Assembly (NCBI GenBank): GCA_036504975.1
Contig: DASXUF010000105.1
Span: forward strand, 67,728 to 131,727
Length of the DNA stretch: 64,000 bases
From: Candidatus Binatia bacterium
GTDB taxonomy: Bacteria > Desulfobacterota > Binatia > UBA9968
Reading direction: 5' to 3'
Shown one piece after another: positions 57,697 through 64,000 of this stretch; positions within the stretch are counted from its first letter, which is position 1; each line of letters begins with the position of its first letter. The notes under the pieces were generated by a model. The model was not told the origin of the DNA and did not search any database. It saw nothing but the letters and a program-made list of their open reading frames with translations. Made by a program: the position numbers and the translations under genes.

Positions 57697-59351
57697 GTGA
57701 TGAAGACAAAACCGAGCACTGACGCGCGTGACGGGCACGCACTGGTCGCTGAAACATTAAAAGCGCTGGGCGTCACTCATGTCTATTGTGTCTCAGGCAC
57801 CCCAATCCGCGAAACCTTCGCCAAGTGCGCGCAACTGGGCGTCCGTCCAATCGGCGTGCATCATCAGCAAGCGGGCGTCATGATGGCCACCGCCCAGAAT
57901 TACGCGACCGGCCGATTGACGGCCGTGGCGATAGTTTCGGCCGGCCCTGCCGTGACCAACGCAGCGACCGGCATTCTGGTTGCTAAGGACAATTGTTGGC
58001 CGGTGGTGGTGCTGGGCGGGCGGCGGCCGTTGAGCATGCAGGGTATGGGTTCCTTCCAGGAGTTGGACGGCGCGGCGTTATACCAATCCATAACGAAGTG
58101 GTCCGCGCTCGTGGAAACCACATCGAGCATCCCGGCCTATCTCGACCGCGCGTTCAAGTTGGCGATGTCCGGGCGGCCCGGACCCGTCTATCTCGATCTG
58201 CCGGAAGACATGTTGACGGGATTTGCCCGCGTCACCGATCCTTTTTTTCCCGACCCGCCTCAACCTCCACCGCCGAATACCGATTCGACCCAGCGAGCGG
58301 CCGACATCCTGCTGCAAGCGAACCGCCCGGCAATCATTATCGGTAAAGGTGTTCGCTGGTCCCGGCCCGGCGAGGAGGTGCGGCGGTTAGTCGACGAGTT
58401 TGGCATTCCATTTATCACTTCACCGATGGGCCGAGGCTACCTGCCCGACGACCACCCGCTTTGCTGTAACGACGCGCATCGTCTTATAGTCTCAAAGGCA
58501 GATGCCATCCTCCTGATCGGAGCAAGGCTCGACTGGACGTTTCGCTTCGGCAGCGAATTCGCTCGTGACGCCAAACTCATTCAGATCGATATTCACAAGT
58601 CGGAAATCGGCGTCAACCGTGCCCCGACAGTGGGGATCGAGGGCGATGCCCAAGCAGTTCTTCGGCAGCTATTGGCCGCTATGACGGCGAAGAGTCATGC
58701 GGGCGCCAACGGCGCCTTGGCTTCATGGCATGGAATGCTGGGCGAAGAGCGGACGAGGAAAAGGGGCAAGCTGGATTCACTGATGACAGCGATTCCGTCC
58801 CGATGTCGCCCTACCGGATGTTGAAAGAGATTCGCGACTTTCTTCCGCGCGATGCGATTTCGATACTCGACGGCAATGTGTTTATGGCGGCGGGGCAACA
58901 GGTGCTGCCGTCTTATTTGCCGGCTTCCCGTTTTACTGCGGGGAATAACGGGTGCCTGGGAGTGGGTATACCCTTCGGCGTCGGCGCGAAGCTCGCCTGT
59001 CCAAATCGTCTCGTTGTCTCAATTTGCGGCGACACGGCGTTCGCATTTAATGCCATGGAAATGGAAACTGCGGTGAGACACAGGATTCCATTGGTCGTCG
59101 TTGTGGTCAACAATGACGGTAATACCGGAGCACTTATGGAACAGTCCTATTCCCCCTGCAGTGAGGAGCGCGTAACGATGTACCAACCCGGCATCCATTA
59201 CGAAGCCGTCATGAGCGCTTTCGGCGGCCATGCCGAATTCGTGGCTCGTCCCGCCGAGCTCCGACCGGCGCTGGAGCGCGCGGTAGCATCCGGCAGAGCG
59301 GCTTGCATCAACGTGCAGGTCGATCCTCACGAGCGCTACCCGCAGGAATAG
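57697..59351 (+). pseudogene. Oxalyl-CoA decarboxylase / 2-hydroxyacyl-CoA lyase-like TPP enzyme, reading frame broken near 58760-58800 (possibly a sequencing error)
   Basis: ORF 57697..58824 carries Pyr + middle domains (SGRPGPVYLDLP). ORF 58725..59351 carries the PP domain (GDTAFAFNAMEMETA...NNDGN) in another frame. Confidence 0.6.
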
Positions 59352-59419
59352 GTTATCTTGGCTTGTGGAAACGGGAAAGGCTTGAATCGCGATCAAAAGA
59401 GCGTATTGGTCGATTGGAC

Positions 59420-62400
59420 ATGGAAAATCAGTTCATACCTCGCATAGTCAACCGCGACTCGGTTCCCTTGTCGTTTGCCCAGCAGCGGCTCTGGTTTTTG
59501 GACCAACTGGAACCTGACAACCCGCTTTATAACGTCCCAACGGCCCTGCGGTTAAGCGGCAAACTGAGTGTAGAACTCCTGCGAAGATCGCTTGACGCTA
59601 TCGTAGCGCGACATGAAGCGCTGCGGACAACCTTTGTTCCGCTGGACGGAATCCCCGTACAGGTGATCGGCGCATACCGGCCCGTGGAACTTACGGTGAT
59701 CGACCTTGCCCAGGGGTCGCCTTCCGAACGCGAGGCGAAGCTGCGGCTTGCGCTCAAGGAAGAATCGCGCCGGCCTTTTAAGTTGTCCGCGGATTTGATG
59801 TTGCGCGCGACCTTGGCCCGGTTGGACGACGATGATCACGTATTGCTCCTGGTGATGCACCATATTGCGTCCGACGGCTGGTCTCGCGAGATTCTCTTTC
59901 ATGAGCTCGCCGTCCTGTACAGGGCCTTCGCGGAAGGCAAACCGGAACCCCTGCCCGAGCGGCCCATCCAGTATGCGGACTTTGCAGTCTGGCAGCGCGA
60001 GCGGCTGCAGGGCAAAATTCTAGAGGACCAACTCTCTTACTGGAAGCAACGGCTCGCGGGCCTGACAGTCCTCGATCTTCCCATCGACCATCCGCGCCCG
60101 GCGGTTCAGAGCTTCCGCGGCGCGCGTCAATCGTTTGCGCTGCCCAAAGCCCTCTGTGACGAGCTTAAAGCGTTCAGTCGCCGCCAAGGATTGACGCTGT
60201 TCATGACGCTGCTGTCGGCCTTTCAAGTCCTGCTGCATCGCTACACGGGACAGGATGATATTGTCATCGGCTCGCCGATCGCGGGTCGCACCCGCGCTGA
60301 GATCGAAGAGCTGATCGGGCTGTTTATCAATACGCTGGTTTTGAGAGGCGACTTGTCGGGCGATCCCAAATTCACGGAGCTGCTGGCTCGCGTGCGCCAA
60401 GCGGCCCTAGAGGCTTACGAACACCAAGAGCTGCCGTTTGAGAAATTAGTAGAGGAGTTGCGTCCCGAGAGAGATCCGAGCCGCTCTCCGCTGTTTCAAG
60501 TGATGTTCGTCTTGCAGAATATGCCAAGGACAGCCCTGGAGCTGGCAGGCGTTACAGTGACTCCTCTAGAGGTAGACAGCGGGACCGCTAAATTTGATTT
60601 GACGCTGTCGATGGCGGAGCAAGCCGGCCTACTCAGAGCGACGTTGGAGTACAGCGCCGATCTATTTGAAGAGGCTACCATCGAGCGGATGGCCGGGCAC
60701 TTTCAAACCTTGCTCGAAGGGATCGTGAGGAATCCGGATCAGCGCCTCTCCGAGTTGCGGATACTGACCGAAGCGGAGCGGCATCGAATACTCATAGAGT
60801 GGAACGATACGAAGAGAGATTATCCGACGGACAAGTGCATTCACGAACTCTTCGAGGAGCAGGTGGAGCGGACTCCCGACGCGGTGGCGGTGGTCTTTCC
60901 TTCGACGGGCTCAGGACAGAGCGAGGACCGACAACTCACTTACGGGGAATTGAATCGCCGGGCCAATCAGTTGGCGCACTATCTTAAGAAGCGCGGCGTG
61001 GGTCCGGAAGCGCTGGTCGGTCTTTGCGTCGAGCGCTCTTTGGAGATGGTGGTGGGACTGCTGGGAATTCTCAAGGCCGGCGGGGCGTATCTGCCGCTGG
61101 ATACGAGCTCTCCCAACAAGCGTCTCGCGTTCATTTTGCAGGATGCTCACATAGCGGTGTTGTTGACTCAGCGGCGACTGGCCGAAGGGCTTTCCGACGA
61201 GGTGAGGCATACGATCTGCCTCGATACGGATTGGCAGGCCGTCGCCCGGGAGAGCGATGCGAACCCGGTCAGTTCCACAAAAGGAGAAAATCTCGCCTAC
61301 GTGATCTATACCTCAGGCTCCACGGGAACACCCAAGGGAGTCCTGGTTGAGCATCGACAGATTCTCAACTATGTCAAAGGCATCTCGGATCGCTTGCACC
61401 TGGAGCCCGGCGCCGGCTTCGCTATGGTTCAACCGCTTTCCGTGGACTCGAGCCAGACGGTTATTTTCCCCGCATTAATTTCAGGTGGCTGTCTCCATGT
61501 GATATCCGAAGACAGAGCTGCTGACCCGCGGGCACTCGGCGACTATTTTCGCCGCTTTCCCATCGATCTGCTTAAGATCGCTCCGTCCCATCTGGCTGCC
61601 CTGCACATCTCGTCCCCTCCCGAGCGACTCTTGCCGCGTCGTTGGCTGGTGCTCGGCGGGGAAGCTTCTCGGCGGGATTGGGTAGAGAATTTGCGACCGC
61701 TGACCCGCTGCTCCACGTTCAACCACTACGGCCCGACGGAAGCGACAGTAGGCGCGCTCACGTTCGCGATAGGAAGGGAGCAAAGTGACCACGCTTCTTC
61801 AACGGTTCCGATAGGACGCCCTCTCCCTAATATTCACGTCTATATATTGGACCCCCACGGGCAACCATTGCCGGTCGGGATTCCCGGCGAGTTGCACATC
61901 GGCGGTAGTGGTGTGACCCGAGGTTATCTCAACAGGCCTGAGCTGACGACGGAGAAATTTATCCCCAACCCTTTCAGCGACGAGCCGGGCGCGCGCCTCT
62001 ATAAGAGCGGAGACGTGGCGCGTTATCTCCCTGACGGGAACATCGAGTTCCTCGGTCGCGCCGACCACCAGGTTAAGATCCGTGGCTTCCGCGTCGAGCT
62101 GGGGGAGATCGAGGCGGTGCTCGGCCAGCATCCGGACGTGCGGGATGTGACGGTTTTGGCTCGGGAAGATATCCCCGGCCGGCAGCGCCTGGTAGCCTAT
62201 ATCGTCGCCAACAAGGAGCGCGCGCCCACAACCGGCGGCAGGCAGCGCTATAGGCTGCCGAATCATATGGCTGTGGCGCAGTTAAATAAGTACGAGACCG
62301 ACTATATCTACGAAGAAATATTCGAGCGCCAGGCGTACCTCAAGCATGGGATTGCGATTCGTGAAGGGGATTGCGTCTTCGATGTGGGGGCAAATATCGG

Positions 62401-64000
62401 CCTGTTTACCATCTTCGTGCGGCAAATGTGTAAAACCGCCAGGGTATACGCCTTTGAGCCGAATCCTTTTGCCTTTGAGATATTGAGCCTGAACGCTTCG
62501 CTCTATGCTCCCGGCGCGAAATTGTTCGATTGCGGCTTATCTAACGAAACCAAGACAGCTTCTTTTACTTTTTTCCCCGGCTTTTCCCTGTTCTCCGGCT
62601 TCTATGCCGACGCGCAGATTGAAAAGGAAGTCGTAAAGACATTCATGCTGAATCAGCAGAAAGCCGGCAAGGCTCATATGGCCGAGCTCTTAGAGCAGGC
62701 CGACGGCATACTCGACGAGCGGTTTTCGCCTACCACCCTGCCCGTTCGGTCGAGAACTCTTTCGGCCGTGATGGAGGAGGAGGGCGTTGAATGCATAGAT
62801 CTCTTGAAGATCAACGCGGAAAAGAGCGAACTCGATGTTCTCAACGGGATCAACGACGTTGACTGGAAAAAGATCAAACAGATCGTCCTGGAGGTCGATG
62901 TTCAGGAAAATCTGCGCGCTATTCTCTCGTTGCTGGAGCGGCAGGGCTATGACTTCATCGTGAAGCAGGATGCGCTGCTTGAGAATACTCAACTCCGCTA
63001 CGTTTATGCGATCCGCCCGTCAGAGGGTAGGCGGCTGGAAAGGAATGCGGAGCGGGCGGAGATTGAGCCGATCCCGATGCTGAGCGATTCTTCGCTTTCT
63101 CCCGACGAGGTGAGGCGCTTTTTAAGAGAGAGGCTGCCCGAACATATGGTGCCCTCCGCGTTGGTCTTTCTCCAGGCTCTCCCGCTGACTCCTCACGGCA
63201 AGGTGGACCGCCGCGCGCTGCCGGCGCCTGAGCAGACGAGACCCGAGCTGGAAAGCTCATACATCACGCCTCGCACGGAGGTCGAGAATGTTCTAGCCGC
63301 GGTTTGGATGAAAGTTCTCAAGCTCGGTCAGGTCGGCATCCATGACAACTTCTTTGATTTAGGGGGGCACTCCCTACTGGCCACCCAAGTCATCTCGCGC
63401 CTGCGTGAGGCTTTCCACGTGGAGACGCCGATGCGCGCGCTTTTTGAATCGCCTACGGTGGCCGGCCTGGCTAAGTACATTGAATCGGTTCGCCAGGAGG
63501 CAACCGGCGCAAGAGCCTTACGTATATTGCCCGAACGAGTTATTCGAGACTATCCGCTATCTTTTTCTCAGGAGCGGTTTTGGTTTCTCAGTCAACTGGA
63601 GCCCAACAACTTAGCTTACAAGGTCACGTTTGGCTTTCACCTCACCGGGCCGTTGAATACCAAGGCTCTAGAGCAATCACTCACGGAGATTGTGCGAAGG
63701 CACGAAACCCTGCGCACGACGTTTCACCTGAGAAACGGCGAACCAGTCCAAGTGATTTCTGAACGATGGTCCTTTCCGTTAACGATTATAGATTTGAGGC
63801 AGCAAACTCCGGTCGATTCAGAAGCAGAAGTCCAACGACTCTTTGAAAACGAGCGTCGACGTTTTTTTGATCTGTCCGTCGACTTGTTGTTGCGAGCTAC
63901 TTTACTGCAACTGGGTGCAGATGAGCATGTTCTGGTTTTAAGCAGTCATCACGTCGCCTGGGATCACTGGTGTATCGAATTATTTTTGTGTGAACTCTCC
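59420..64000 (+). CDS. Non-ribosomal peptide synthetase, 3'-partial: starter C domain - A domain with embedded FkbM-family methyltransferase - PCP - C domain (continues beyond window)
   Basis: Open frame from ATG 59420 to window end. C motifs (HHIASDGW; SHHVAWDHW), A2-A10 (LKAGGAYLPLD, YTSGSTGTPKG, NHYGPTE, GELHIGGSGVTRGYL, KIRGFRVELGEIE, LPLTPHGKVDR), T (DLGGHSLLA). FkbM signature DVGANIGLF...AFEPNP between A8 and A10. Confidence 0.85.
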   Translation, partial: MENQFIPRIVNRDSVPLSFAQQRLWFLDQLEPDNPLYNVPTALRLSGKLSVELLRRSLDAIVARHEALRTTFVPLDGIPVQVIGAYRPVELTVIDLAQGSPSEREAKLRLALKEESRRPFKLSADLMLRATLARLDDDDHVLLLVMHHIASDGWSREILFHELAVLYRAFAEGKPEPLPERPIQYADFAVWQRERLQGKILEDQLSYWKQRLAGLTVLDLPIDHPRPAVQSFRGARQSFALPKALCDELKAFSRRQGLTLFMTLLSAFQVLLHRYTGQDDIVIGSPIAGRTRAEIEELIGLFINTLVLRGDLSGDPKFTELLARVRQAALEAYEHQELPFEKLVEELRPERDPSRSPLFQVMFVLQNMPRTALELAGVTVTPLEVDSGTAKFDLTLSMAEQAGLLRATLEYSADLFEEATIERMAGHFQTLLEGIVRNPDQRLSELRILTEAERHRILIEWNDTKRDYPTDKCIHELFEEQVERTPDAVAVVFPSTGSGQSEDRQLTYGELNRRANQLAHYLKKRGVGPEALVGLCVERSLEMVVGLLGILKAGGAYLPLDTSSPNKRLAFILQDAHIAVLLTQRRLAEGLSDEVRHTICLDTDWQAVARESDANPVSSTKGENLAYVIYTSGSTGTPKGVLVEHRQILNYVKGISDRLHLEPGAGFAMVQPLSVDSSQTVIFPALISGGCLHVISEDRAADPRALGDYFRRFPIDLLKIAPSHLAALHISSPPERLLPRRWLVLGGEASRRDWVENLRPLTRCSTFNHYGPTEATVGALTFAIGREQSDHASSTVPIGRPLPNIHVYILDPHGQPLPVGIPGELHIGGSGVTRGYLNRPELTTEKFIPNPFSDEPGARLYKSGDVARYLPDGNIEFLGRADHQVKIRGFRVELGEIEAVLGQHPDVRDVTVLAREDIPGRQRLVAYIVANKERAPTTGGRQRYRLPNHMAVAQLNKYETDYIYEEIFERQAYLKHGIAIREGDCVFDVGANIGLFTIFVRQMCKTARVYAFEPNPFAFEILSLNASLYAPGAKLFDCGLSNETKTASFTFFPGFSLFSGFYADAQIEKEVVKTFMLNQQKAGKAHMAELLEQADGILDERFSPTTLPVRSRTLSAVMEEEGVECIDLLKINAEKSELDVLNGINDVDWKKIKQIVLEVDVQENLRAILSLLERQGYDFIVKQDALLENTQLRYVYAIRPSEGRRLERNAERAEIEPIPMLSDSSLSPDEVRRFLRERLPEHMVPSALVFLQALPLTPHGKVDRRALPAPEQTRPELESSYITPRTEVENVLAAVWMKVLKLGQVGIHDNFFDLGGHSLLATQVISRLREAFHVETPMRALFESPTVAGLAKYIESVRQEATGARALRILPERVIRDYPLSFSQERFWFLSQLEPNNLAYKVTFGFHLTGPLNTKALEQSLTEIVRRHETLRTTFHLRNGEPVQVISERWSFPLTIIDLRQQTPVDSEAEVQRLFENERRRFFDLSVDLLLRATLLQLGADEHVLVLSSHHVAWDHWCIELFLCELS

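Overview
High-GC (~65%) bacterial chromosomal segment, probably from an uncultivated deltaproteobacterium-like or Rokubacteria-like genome. Many reading frames in the ORF track are GC-driven shadow ORFs, so calls rest on recognisable protein motifs. Contents in order: (1) two two-component systems, including a sigma-54 enhancer-binding protein with no receiver domain, a stand-alone receiver protein and a GAF histidine kinase, plus a predicted sigma-54 promoter driving a divergent hypothetical gene. (2) A large catabolic-looking region (6.1-22.4 kb) built from two partly duplicated cassettes: UbiD-family decarboxylases x2, Rieske oxygenase alpha subunits x2, NAD-epimerases x2, a bicupin dioxygenase, a split ComD/ComE-like TPP decarboxylase, a DapA-like lyase, and five exported solute-binding proteins with no transporter partners. 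(3) A ~2.6 kb low-GC islet of unknown genes abutting a tRNA(CAU) gene. (4) A housekeeping block on the minus strand: rpoD-dnaG-cvpA-yqeY-rpsU, then gdpd-tlyA-dxs-ispA-xseB-M23-xseA, then ctpA-envC-ftsX-ftsE. (5) A B12-binding radical SAM gene. (6) An addiction-module island (MazF-like, Phd/PIN, ParE/AbrB, decayed members) containing structured repeats and a degenerate duplicate of the 3' end of a neighbouring TPP-enzyme gene. (7) The start of an NRPS gene cluster with an unusual priming set: an AAE3-like A-PCP didomain and an oxalyl-CoA-decarboxylase/HACL-like enzyme, ahead of an NRPS whose first A domain carries an embedded FkbM-type methyltransferase. Several small intergenic repeat families are present (a paired-hairpin element at three loci, one copy bounded by terminal inverted repeats; CCCTCACCC-type GC-rich hairpins). 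No rRNA, CRISPR array, transposase or integrase was recognised. Coordinates of non-ORF features are hand-counted and may be off by 1-2 nt.
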